64,000 nt of DNA, taken from Candidatus Thermosaccharophagus tengchongensis. GTDB lineage: Bacteria; Armatimonadota; Fervidibacteria; Fervidibacterales; Thermosaccharophagaceae. The stretch lies in NCBI GenBank assembly GCA_032161105.1, contig JAVHTD010000012.1; one strand, written 5' to 3'. Shown here piece after piece: positions 9,781 to 18,579 of the stretch. Made by a program: the position numbers and the translations under genes. The notes under the pieces are model-generated. The model searched no databases. It was not told the DNA's origin and worked only from the letters and a program-made list of their open reading frames with translations. How positions within the stretch are numbered: position 1 is the stretch's first letter; every line of letters starts with the position of its first letter.

Positions 9781-11499
9781 ATGATGAAGAAATTCGCCGG
9801 TGCACTTGCAGTTGCTTTGGTGACCTCAATGGCGATGCCGGAGCAAATTGAACATCGTGGCATTTGGCTTCATCCGGAACAATTCAAAATGCCGGAGATG
9901 TGTGAACTTTTTGTTGAGCGCATGGCGAAGGCTAATATCAATGTGGCGTATGCGCTTGTTTGGTATTGGGGTGGGACTGCTTACTATCGGTCAGATCTCT
10001 GCCCGATGCCTGCCGACATCCCGAAAGGTTATGACCCACTTGGTTACCTAATTGAAAAAGCGCATGCTTGCGGGATTCAAATTCACGCTTGGTTTGTCAA
10101 CGGCAGCTATGGTGTCAGCCATCTTGGGAATGTGTTTTCAAAGCATCCAGGCTGGCGCCTTCAACCTGCTCCGGGGCGCTTTGCTTGGTGGTATGACTTT
10201 GGGAAGCTTGAGGTCAGGGAGTTCCAAACCCAAGTAATGCTTGAGGTGTTAAGGCGGTATCCTGTTGATGGGCTTCACTTTGACTACATCCGCTATAATG
10301 GACCACAGTTGTGCTTTTGCGACCACTGCGTTAAAGAATTTCGTGGGCTTTATGGGCATGATTTAAGACCGCTTGCACGCGATGCCTTTCCGCTGGCGGC
10401 TCGCATAAGCGGAAACCCGCTTGATAAGCCAACTTCTGCCAGAATTTTGGCAAAGGTTTCGGGCGGGCCGGCTGCAATCGCAATAAACGAGTTTGGGAGA
10501 GGTCAAGTGCTCATTTTGAATTGGCATGCCCAAAGAGAGCCTCTACCAGCTGTTGAAACGGTCTTGGCGAGATTTTTGGAAAAGAATGGGATAAAACCTG
10601 GTTCAACGGTCTATCTCCACCAGCCACGAGCCACCACCGACAAGTATGGTCGCAGTTTGATTGAGGAAAACTTGAGATGGATGGTGAATTTGGGCTACAA
10701 ACCAAAAATCTTGTCAGACGAGGAGTTGACAAAATTGCCGAAGGAAGGGGCGTTAATTCTCGCAAATTCTTACATAATCCCGGGTGAAACAGTTGAAAGG
10801 CTTGCTCAATTTGTGGAAGATGGTGGTGCGCTCATTGTAGTGGATGGACCCGTGTTCAGTATCTCAAACCCGAAGCTTCAAAGGCTACTTGGCTTTGCAT
10901 CAACTGCGCCTTACTACAGTGGCTTTCACACTTTGGAAGCCGCAGCTGAGAACGCCTTGATACCAATCGGCGGTAAGCCAATTTCTTGGGAAGAAATGGA
11001 ACGGATTTTGTCAGATTGGGCGAGGTATCGCATGGACGGCGTAAGCGAGCTCGTCCGTCAGGTCTACACCAATGCCAAGAAAATCAGGCAGGATGTTGCC
11101 ATCAGTGCCGCAGTTTTTTATCGCATCGCCTCTGCCAGAAATGTCTTCCAAGATTGGGTTCGTTGGCTCAAGGAGGAGTTCATTGACTATGTGTTGCCAA
11201 TGGCTTATGTGATGACCGACAGGGAGTTGACGGACGCCTTAGACGAATACAGGACAATTGACCCAAATTTGTCGAGAATAATCCCCGGATTGAGCCTTTA
11301 CATGCGTGATGAAGGCGGTAAGGCAATTCCGAGACCGCCGGAACTCGTCCTGCGCCAAGTTGAAATTTGCCGAAAATATGGCGCAAGGGGTGTCAACTTC
11401 TTCTCGCTGGCTTACCTTTCCGACGATATTATCGGCTCGTTGGTAAATGAGCCATTCCGAGAACCTGCCAAGCCGTATGTGCCAGTCCGAGGAAGATGA
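9781..11499 (+). CDS. Glycosyl hydrolase-like 10 (GHL10) protein with a large internal insertion
   Basis: Signal peptide; RGIW, YDPL, IHAW, DGLHFDYIRY, QDW..W and PMAY motifs. Confidence 0.85.
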   Translation: MMKKFAGALAVALVTSMAMPEQIEHRGIWLHPEQFKMPEMCELFVERMAKANINVAYALVWYWGGTAYYRSDLCPMPADIPKGYDPLGYLIEKAHACGIQIHAWFVNGSYGVSHLGNVFSKHPGWRLQPAPGRFAWWYDFGKLEVREFQTQVMLEVLRRYPVDGLHFDYIRYNGPQLCFCDHCVKEFRGLYGHDLRPLARDAFPLAARISGNPLDKPTSARILAKVSGGPAAIAINEFGRGQVLILNWHAQREPLPAVETVLARFLEKNGIKPGSTVYLHQPRATTDKYGRSLIEENLRWMVNLGYKPKILSDEELTKLPKEGALILANSYIIPGETVERLAQFVEDGGALIVVDGPVFSISNPKLQRLLGFASTAPYYSGFHTLEAAAENALIPIGGKPISWEEMERILSDWARYRMDGVSELVRQVYTNAKKIRQDVAISAAVFYRIASARNVFQDWVRWLKEEFIDYVLPMAYVMTDRELTDALDEYRTIDPNLSRIIPGLSLYMRDEGGKAIPRPPELVLRQVEICRKYGARGVNFFSLAYLSDDIIGSLVNEPFREPAKPYVPVRGR

Positions 11500-11515
11500 T
11501 TGGGGGCGATAAATT

Positions 11516-11953
11516 TTGCTTGATGAAGCGGAATTTGAGCGCTGGTTCAAGCAAGCTGAGCAAACTCTGCGCTGTGCTGAGCATGATGCGGCAGGCGGTT
11601 TTTGGAATTGGGCATGTTTTAAGGCTGAGCAAGCTGCCCAATTTGCTGTCAAAGGTTTGTTGCGTGCAATGGGTGAACCCGCATTTGGTCATGCATTGAC
11701 TCGCTTGCTTGCAGATTTGGAAAGGCTCGGAGTAGCCATCCCTGAGAGTGTTAAGCTCGCCAGTCGGAATTTGGAGCGCCAATACATTCCGACACGCTAC
11801 GCTGATGCCTTCCCATCGGGAAGCCCTTACGAGTTTTATGGCGCTCAAGAGTCGCAGGAAGCCATTGATTCATGCCGGACAATTTTGGAATTTGTTCGGG
11901 AGGTTATCGCGCATGCAAGAGGTTTTAAAGCGCAGGAAGGCTCAGCAGGCTGA
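11516..11953 (+). CDS. HEPN domain protein
   Basis: WACFKAEQAAQFAVKG, GHAL and YIPTRY motifs. Confidence 0.85.
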   Translation: MLDEAEFERWFKQAEQTLRCAEHDAAGGFWNWACFKAEQAAQFAVKGLLRAMGEPAFGHALTRLLADLERLGVAIPESVKLASRNLERQYIPTRYADAFPSGSPYEFYGAQESQEAIDSCRTILEFVREVIAHARGFKAQEGSAG

Positions 11954-12338
11954 GCTGATCAAAGCCGCCGAAAAATTTGCCGAAAAATTGCGCCAAAATT
12001 TGGGCTCATTGACGGCGTGGATTTTCGGTTCGGTGGCAAAAGGCACTTTCAAAACATGGAGTGACATTGATGTGTTCATCGTGGCTGAAAATTTGCCCGA
12101 CCATCCCATGCAACGCCTCAAGTTGCTATACCGCTACGCATGTGAAGGGATTGAGCCAAAAGGATGGGCTTTATCGGAGTTTTTGACCCATTTGGGGGAG
12201 GGAAATAAGCAGCTTCTGGCAATGCTTAGGGAACGGATTTTGCTGATTGATGACTTAAATCTTGAACCACTCCTGCAGGCTAAAATTGCAGAAATGGAAA
12301 GGGCGAATGTAATCGGTGATGGCGGAGTCAAATTTTAA
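11913..12338 (+). CDS. Minimal nucleotidyltransferase (MNT)
   Basis: FGSVAKG..SDIDVF motif; GGAGG RBS before ATG 11913; overlaps the HEPN gene. Confidence 0.85.
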   Translation: MQEVLKRRKAQQAELIKAAEKFAEKLRQNLGSLTAWIFGSVAKGTFKTWSDIDVFIVAENLPDHPMQRLKLLYRYACEGIEPKGWALSEFLTHLGEGNKQLLAMLRERILLIDDLNLEPLLQAKIAEMERANVIGDGGVKF

Positions 12339-12380
12339 GCCGTCGTAAATGAAAAACTTGCCCCATGGTGGTGACCAAAG

Positions 12381-15300
12381 ATGAGGGCTTCAATCCCAAC
12401 TTCTGCCACAATTTTGGCGTTTTTGTGCTCGCTAAGCTGTGGGCAGTTGGAAGTTAGTTGGGACTTTACGCCGACAGGCGCGCTCAGCAGTGCCCACATT
12501 TCCGGGGCAATTCTCGCACAGAATTTGAGTGCAGTTATCATCAAGCCCGGTTGGCAAGGCAGTTACGCTGACCAACTTAATCCATCAACTGTCAAGGCAA
12601 CCCAACAGCGAAACGGGGATTTGATTTGGAAGGGCTCGCTTCACGGCAACGGCGTTTCGGTTGTTTTCATTCAAAGGGCAACGGTTAAAGGCAATGAACT
12701 TTCGCTGTCATACGAGTTCCGCTCGGAAACCGAGTTTAACTTGGAAACCCTGATGCTTCGCTGCCTTTTGCCGACGGAAGGAAACGCCGGCAAAGCAAAA
12801 TGGATTGCCGTTGATGAATTGTCAATGGAGGTTTTGAGCGGGACTTTCCCCGAAAAGTTGCCCGAACGCTACCATTTGCTGACAAGGGGCAATTTGTCTT
12901 GGCTCATGTGGGTTCTGCCGTCAGGTCATGCTCTGCTTTTTGACTTTCGGGAAGGCAACCTTGTCGGCGTCAATTTGCAAGATGACCGTCGCTTTGGCAT
13001 CAACGCTTTTGAGTTGCAACTTCATTTGCTTGGTGGCAAATGGCGTGTCAGCGAGAAAGTGACTTCAAAATTGCGGTTGCAAGTTTTGACCGAAAGCGAG
13101 GCAATTAGGTGGGAGAGGCAAATGCAAGAAGCGATTCAGCGCCAACGAACCATCGTGCTTCAAAAGCATGCGCCGTTAAAGTTGAACAGTGTAAAGCCGA
13201 GCACAAAATCGCTTCGCCGCTATGAAACCCTTGAGGTGAAGGTTGACCTTGACGCAACTTATGACAATCCATTTGACCCAGAGCAAATCAGCGTTGAGGC
13301 GGAGATTGTTTCGCCTTCCGGAAAGCAATTGCGAGTGCCCGGATTTTTCACGCAAGACTTTGAACGGGCGAAAAGGGACACGGGACAAGGTGCACGGGAA
13401 GTTTTGAGGAAAGTTGGTGAGCCTTATTTCGCCGTCAGGTTCACGCCAACGGAGGTCGGAATTTACCGATACCGCATTGTCGCAACTCAGTTTGTAGTGA
13501 GCCACGAAGCGAAAGCGGAGTGGCGTAATGGGACGAACCCAAAAGCAACGGCACTCCACTTCGTTTCGTGCCTTACTACGAACCAAGGGGAGGAAAAGCG
13601 AGTTTCATCCCGCATTATTGCAACTCAGTTTGTAGTGAGCCACGAAGCGAAAGCGGAGTGGCATAATGGGACGAACTCAAAAGCGACAGCACTCCACTTC
13701 GTTTCGTGCCTTACTACGAACCAAGGGGAGAAAAAGCAAGTTTCATCCGATTGGTTCACGCTGCGAGTTTTGCCCAACCCACAGGCGAAAGGTTTTGTTC
13801 GGCGAGGCAAGTTTTGGCACTTGCAATTTGATGACGGAACGCCTTTTGTGCCTGTCGGTTTGAATGTCTGCTGGTCGGGCAACAACTTGAGCGCTTATGA
13901 ACGATGGTTTTCGGCAATGCGTCAAAACGGTGCAAACTTCGCGCGAATTTGGCTCGTCCGTTGGAACATGGGTTTGGAGTGGATGCCCGGAGACGGAAGT
14001 GGGATGTATCTTGGCTTGGGCAAATATGCTCTTGACAATGCTTGGCGAATTGACGAACTGATTCGCATCGCTGAACGCAACGGCATTTACCTGATGCTTT
14101 GTTTGGGTTATCACGGCGAGTTGGCTGACAGGCAACTTTACTTCGGCGAACAGGCATGGGACAAAAACCCATACAACCGCAAAAACGGCGGTCCATGCGA
14201 TAAGCCTGCAGACTTTTGGACGAACCCCGAAGCGCGCCGATTTTACAAGCAACGACTTCGTTACATCATCGCCCGCTACGCCCACAGCCCAAATGTGCTC
14301 GCATTTGAGTTTTGGAACGAAGTTCACGCACCAGCGGATTGGGTTAAAGAGATGGCTCAATTTGCCCGCAGCATTGACATTTACGGTCACTTGCTAACGA
14401 CCACCTACGGCGATGATGCTGTTTGGCAGTTGCCCGAAATGGATTTTGCGCAGACACATTGGTATGGCGACGGAAGCCAACGGGATTGTGTGACAACAAT
14501 TGTCAATATCCATCGTTTCCACCTGCAGCGCTACCGCAAGCCCTTTTTGCTTGGCGAATTCGGAATTGACTGGCGAACGAGTGACTTGACATATGACCCG
14601 AAAGGCAATGCCCTGCATTGGCACAATGGCGTATGGGCATCATTAATGAGTGGCGGGATGGGAACCGCTTGCGTTTGGTATTGGGACAACTACATTGACC
14701 GATTGAACTTGTGGCATCACTTTCGCCCAATCGCAGATTTTGTCAAGTTAGTTGGCAAGGCTTGGCTTCAGAATTGGCGACCTTTGCAGCACACTGACCC
14801 GATACTTGAAACTTCGCCAGAACCACCTTTTGGCGATTTGTTCTTCACCCCAACTCTGGGTTGGCAGCGTCCGACGGGGGATACTTTCGTAGTGCACAGA
14901 AACGGCAAAGTTGAAAGCAACGGTGAAACGAGTGTTTTCCTGTTTTCGCCGAGCAAGCCAGACCTTTACCGCCCACCGAAATTCATCGTTGACTTCCCGC
15001 AAGATGGCGTGATGGCTTTGCATATCGGCACGGTTTCTTCAAATGCGGTGCTGATTGTCCGCATTGATGGCAGTGAAGTGTGGAGGCAAGTTTTGCCCGA
15101 AGGCGAAGAGCGAAAGGACGAACGAGGGCGAACTTACCGAGAAGGCAGTTACAAAAATCGGCGCTGGGATGAAACTTGGAAGAAGTGGGACTACATTTAT
15201 GAGCGCGAGTTCGTTGTGCCTATCCCAAAAGGCAAGCACACAATTGAACTTGACAATCAAGGCGCCGATTGGTGCACCATCCCGCATATTCGGTTTTCAC

Positions 15301-15611
15301 CCTACCGCGACCGCCGCTACGCTGAGGTTGACATTGTGGGCATCCAAACCGACACGATGGCGCTCATTTGGGTTCACAACCAACACAGCAATTTTCGTGT
15401 TGAAAAGGAACAAGGTGGGCTAAGGGAGGCGCTCAGGAACATCCAATTTGAGATTCTGGGGTTGAAGGATGGGAGTTGCCGAATTTTTCAGTGGGATACA
15501 TGGGAAGGCAAGATGCTACAAGAATGGAGGGCAATGAGCCAACAAGGGCGGTTGGGTTTAAAGCTGCCAGAATTGAGGAGAGACTTCGTTTTGATGATTC
15601 AAAGCGATTAA
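12381..15611 (+). CDS. Secreted DUF5060 + clan GH-A (GH5-like) glycoside hydrolase with in-frame REPIN insertions
   Basis: Signal peptide; YDNPFDP..RFTPTEVG; FEFWNEV acid/base and LGEFG nucleophile motifs. Confidence 0.8.
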   Translation: MRASIPTSATILAFLCSLSCGQLEVSWDFTPTGALSSAHISGAILAQNLSAVIIKPGWQGSYADQLNPSTVKATQQRNGDLIWKGSLHGNGVSVVFIQRATVKGNELSLSYEFRSETEFNLETLMLRCLLPTEGNAGKAKWIAVDELSMEVLSGTFPEKLPERYHLLTRGNLSWLMWVLPSGHALLFDFREGNLVGVNLQDDRRFGINAFELQLHLLGGKWRVSEKVTSKLRLQVLTESEAIRWERQMQEAIQRQRTIVLQKHAPLKLNSVKPSTKSLRRYETLEVKVDLDATYDNPFDPEQISVEAEIVSPSGKQLRVPGFFTQDFERAKRDTGQGAREVLRKVGEPYFAVRFTPTEVGIYRYRIVATQFVVSHEAKAEWRNGTNPKATALHFVSCLTTNQGEEKRVSSRIIATQFVVSHEAKAEWHNGTNSKATALHFVSCLTTNQGEKKQVSSDWFTLRVLPNPQAKGFVRRGKFWHLQFDDGTPFVPVGLNVCWSGNNLSAYERWFSAMRQNGANFARIWLVRWNMGLEWMPGDGSGMYLGLGKYALDNAWRIDELIRIAERNGIYLMLCLGYHGELADRQLYFGEQAWDKNPYNRKNGGPCDKPADFWTNPEARRFYKQRLRYIIARYAHSPNVLAFEFWNEVHAPADWVKEMAQFARSIDIYGHLLTTTYGDDAVWQLPEMDFAQTHWYGDGSQRDCVTTIVNIHRFHLQRYRKPFLLGEFGIDWRTSDLTYDPKGNALHWHNGVWASLMSGGMGTACVWYWDNYIDRLNLWHHFRPIADFVKLVGKAWLQNWRPLQHTDPILETSPEPPFGDLFFTPTLGWQRPTGDTFVVHRNGKVESNGETSVFLFSPSKPDLYRPPKFIVDFPQDGVMALHIGTVSSNAVLIVRIDGSEVWRQVLPEGEERKDERGRTYREGSYKNRRWDETWKKWDYIYEREFVVPIPKGKHTIELDNQGADWCTIPHIRFSPYRDRRYAEVDIVGIQTDTMALIWVHNQHSNFRVEKEQGGLREALRNIQFEILGLKDGSCRIFQWDTWEGKMLQEWRAMSQQGRLGLKLPELRRDFVLMIQSD
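13473..13748 (+). repeat. 138-bp tandem duplication, each unit containing a 94-bp REPIN
   Basis: Units 13473-13610 and 13611-13748; elements 13490-13583 and 13628-13721 match the reverse complement of the arms at 24528-24617. Confidence 0.9.
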
Positions 15612-15657
15612 GGCGATGCATGGGCAGGCAAAGCCTGCCCGAAAACTATTGGATGGG

Positions 15658-15690
15658 GGTGAGTCGGATGAATGGCTCGCTCAAATGGGT
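15658..15690 (+). repeat. 33-bp direct repeat of the oxidoreductase start region (17091-17123)
   Basis: GGTGAGTCGGATGA(A/G)TGGCTCGCTCAAATGGGT, 32/33 identical. Confidence 0.85.
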
Positions 15691-15708
15691 AAGCGATTGA
15701 GGCGACTT

Positions 15709-16010
15709 GTAGGAGCGGCTTCAGCCGCAAACGAAATGGTCGTCGTGGCTAAAGCCCCTCTTGACAAGTCGGTCTTTTCGTGCTACCACAATGCAGGGGC
15801 GGCTTTAGCTGCGAAAAAATCCCATGTTGTAGGGGCAGATGAAATCTGCCCGTTTTTGGTGCATTTCATGCGCCCTGAAAATCTTCGTGGCTAAAGCCCC
15901 TCCTACAGACGATGACCCATTATGGTCGGATTGTAGAGGCGTGTGAAACACGCCCGCCTTTTCGGGCGCATTTCATGCGCCCCTACGGGTGGCTTAACAG
16001 CCATCCCTAC
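15709..16010. repeat. Cluster of GTAG-family REP/REPIN palindromes
   Basis: GTAG arms at 15709, 15829 and 15933; CTAC ends at 15906, 15986 and 16010; internal GC hairpins. Confidence 0.8.
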
Positions 16011-16106
16011 GCTCAAGGTGGTAAAGTTGCATCAAGAGAGTTGTGGATGCAATTGGTTTGTCAGTGGAAATGGAGATGAAATTCACCAAAAAGGAGGCAA
16101 GGAAGG

Positions 16107-16988
16107 ATGAAGAAACTGGTGATAAAGGAGACTTCCCGTGGTAAGATACATCCCGGCATCGTTGCTGAAACCCTTACCATCAGTCCGGATAGCAAAAGGT
16201 TCGCTTATGTGGCATTTCGTGGTGGAAAGCAGTTTGTAGTGTTGGACGGAGTCAAAGGGAAGGAATATGACGGAATTGGTGCAGGCAGTCTTGTTTTCAG
16301 TCCAGATAGCAAAAGGTTCGCATATGTGGCAAGGCGTGGTGGAAAGGTATTTATGGTGTTTAAAGTGTTTAAGGTGTTTGTAGTCTTGGACGGAGAAGAA
16401 GGGAAGGAATATGACGGAATTGTTGAAGGCAGTCTTGTTTTCAGTCCAGATAGCAAAAGGTTCGCATATGGGGCAGGGCGTGGTGGAAAGTGGTTTGTAG
16501 TCTTGGACGGAAAAGAAGGGAAGGAATATGACGGAATTGTTGAAGGCACTCTTGTTTTCAGTCCAGATAGCAAAAGGTTCGCATATGGGGCAGGGCGTGG
16601 TGGAAAGCAGTTTGTAGTCTTGGACGGAAAAGAAGGGAAGGAATATGACGGAATTGGTGCAGGCAGTCTTGTTTTCAGTCCAGATAGCAAAAGGTTCGCA
16701 TATGTGGCAAGGCGTGGTGGAAAGCGGTTTGTAGTCTTGGACGGAGAAGAAGGGAAGGAATATGACGGAATTGGTGCAGGCAGTCTTGTTTTCAGTCCAG
16801 ATAGCAAAAGGCTCGCTTATGTGGCATTTCGTGGTGGAAAGCGGTTTGTAGTCTTGGACGGAGAAGAAGGGAAGGAATATGACGGTTTCCTGCGTGGTAG
16901 CAAATTGGTCTTTGATAGCCCAAGAGAACTTCACGCATTGGCTTTTCGTGGCGACGAAATTTTCCTTGTGACGGTGGAAATTCAATAG
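16107..16988 (+). CDS. Highly repetitive beta-propeller (PD40/WD40-like, 39-aa repeats)
   Basis: SPDSKR units begin at 16182, 16299, 16443, 16560, 16677 and 16794; AAGGAGG RBS; no signal peptide. Confidence 0.8.
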   Translation: MKKLVIKETSRGKIHPGIVAETLTISPDSKRFAYVAFRGGKQFVVLDGVKGKEYDGIGAGSLVFSPDSKRFAYVARRGGKVFMVFKVFKVFVVLDGEEGKEYDGIVEGSLVFSPDSKRFAYGAGRGGKWFVVLDGKEGKEYDGIVEGTLVFSPDSKRFAYGAGRGGKQFVVLDGKEGKEYDGIGAGSLVFSPDSKRFAYVARRGGKRFVVLDGEEGKEYDGIGAGSLVFSPDSKRLAYVAFRGGKRFVVLDGEEGKEYDGFLRGSKLVFDSPRELHALAFRGDEIFLVTVEIQ

Positions 16989-17012
16989 GGGTTTTTGCCT
17001 TGCAATGCTGCG

Positions 17013-17042
17013 TTGAGTAACCTGTGGCTATGGTGCTACAAT
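17013..17042 (+). promoter_or_regulatory. Putative sigma70 promoter
   Basis: TTGAGT-N18-TACAAT with TG extension. Confidence 0.45.
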
Positions 17043-17100
17043 GAAGGCAAGGGATAGGTGATGACTGAAGAGGTGCATCTTAATTGAGGAGGTGAGTCGG

Positions 17101-18570
17101 ATGAGTGGCTCGCTCAAATGGGTTAAGGATGTGCCAGTTAGGGAGAAGGTGGATGTTTTGGTTGTCGGTGGTGGTCCTGCAGGGGTGGCTGCGGCAATTG
17201 CTTCGGCAAGAAATGGCATGAATACACTGCTCATTGAGGGTCAATTTGCACTTGGCGGATTGGTAACCCTTGGCTATGTGTGCTATTTGGCTGGTTATCC
17301 TGAGGGTATCGGGAATGAGTTGCTTGGGAGATTAGCAGAAGTAGGTGCCGTTAGCCCGAGGCGAATTGCGGACCCGGAAAAAACGAAGCATGTCCTTGAG
17401 GAAATGCTCATAGAATCTGGCGCTCGCGTCCTATACGGCACAATCGCGATTGATAGCATAGTTGAGGATGGGGCTATAAAGGGCGTAATTGCCCACAACA
17501 AATCCGGGACACAGGCTATTTTAGCGGAAAGAGTCATAGATTGCTCAGGGGACGGTGATGTGGCAGCGTATGCTGGAGCACCGTATGAAGTGGGTTGGGA
17601 TGAAGCAGGTGGCTATAATCAAGCTGTTTCGTTGGATTTCATCCTTGCCAATGTTGACTGGCAAAGGTTCCAGAGCTCCGTCAAGCGCTGGTATAACTAC
17701 TTGCAGGAAATTGCCTATAAGGCTGTGGAAGAGGGCGTTTTATCAAAGCTTGTAGAGACTGGCTACCTTGGACCTTTTCCGGGCAGGCAGCCCGAAGGGT
17801 GCGAAATCTATGTTTGCACAGCGCATAGCCGAAATTGCCGCACTGTGGATGCCGATGACTTGACGAGGATTGCGATAGAGCAGAGGAGGCAAATCCGTGA
17901 AATGGTGGAATTTTACAGGAAATATGTGCCCGGCTTTGAAGGCAGTTGGCTCGTATACAGCGCGCCGCTGCTTGGAATTCGTGACTCAAGGCGCATCATC
18001 GGGGAATATGTTTTGACTGGTGAAGATATTGTGCTTGCGAGGAAATTTGATGATGCAATTGCCCGTGACACTCACGGATTTGACATCCACAATCCGACAG
18101 ATTTGCCGCATATTAAGCACATTCACCTGAAGGAGCCGAAAGAGCCAGCTGTATGCTTTCCGAGTGAGGACAAGCCCGGAATGTATGATGCTTATCTAAA
18201 GCCGGGCGAATACTACGAAATTCCATACCGATGCTTAGTTCCATTGAATGTGGAGAATTTGCTTGTGGCTGGGAGGTGTCTTTCTGCGACATTTGAGGCT
18301 CAATCTGGGGCAAGATTGATTTTCACATGTATGACTATGGGGCAAGCTGCTGGGACAGCTGCAGCGCTTTCAATCCAGAAAAATGTGACGCCAAGGCAGC
18401 TTGATGCCAAAGTTTTGCGGGCAAGGTTAATTGAGCAAGGCGTGCGTCTGGATGTTGAGCCACCAGTTTATGTCAAGGGTGGACCGCACCCGCCAATACC
18501 AAAGGATGCCAAGTTTGCAGTGGAAAGAGCCGGAGGAATCGGGGATGAAATCGTGATTGTGAAGGAGTAG
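17101..18570 (+). CDS. FAD-dependent oxidoreductase (PF12831-like)
   Basis: DVLVVGGGPAG, IDCSGDGD and YEIPYRCL..NLLVAGRC motifs; GAGGAGGTG RBS. Confidence 0.9.
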   Translation: MSGSLKWVKDVPVREKVDVLVVGGGPAGVAAAIASARNGMNTLLIEGQFALGGLVTLGYVCYLAGYPEGIGNELLGRLAEVGAVSPRRIADPEKTKHVLEEMLIESGARVLYGTIAIDSIVEDGAIKGVIAHNKSGTQAILAERVIDCSGDGDVAAYAGAPYEVGWDEAGGYNQAVSLDFILANVDWQRFQSSVKRWYNYLQEIAYKAVEEGVLSKLVETGYLGPFPGRQPEGCEIYVCTAHSRNCRTVDADDLTRIAIEQRRQIREMVEFYRKYVPGFEGSWLVYSAPLLGIRDSRRIIGEYVLTGEDIVLARKFDDAIARDTHGFDIHNPTDLPHIKHIHLKEPKEPAVCFPSEDKPGMYDAYLKPGEYYEIPYRCLVPLNVENLLVAGRCLSATFEAQSGARLIFTCMTMGQAAGTAAALSIQKNVTPRQLDAKVLRARLIEQGVRLDVEPPVYVKGGPHPPIPKDAKFAVERAGGIGDEIVIVKE

Positions 18571-18579
18571 GGATTTCAT

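Noticed and set aside
13473..13748. Intein, or DGR template/variable repeat pair
   Set aside because: No intein terminal residues, no reverse transcriptase in the window, and the match to the intergenic REPIN explains it.
15761..15792. Promoter at a REP end (TTGACA)
   Set aside because: The -10 at 17-bp spacing (TACCAC) is poor.
16083..16985. Long minus-strand repetitive ORFs (300 and 200 aa)
   Set aside because: Shadows of the plus-strand repeat gene, which has the RBS and a propeller-like motif.
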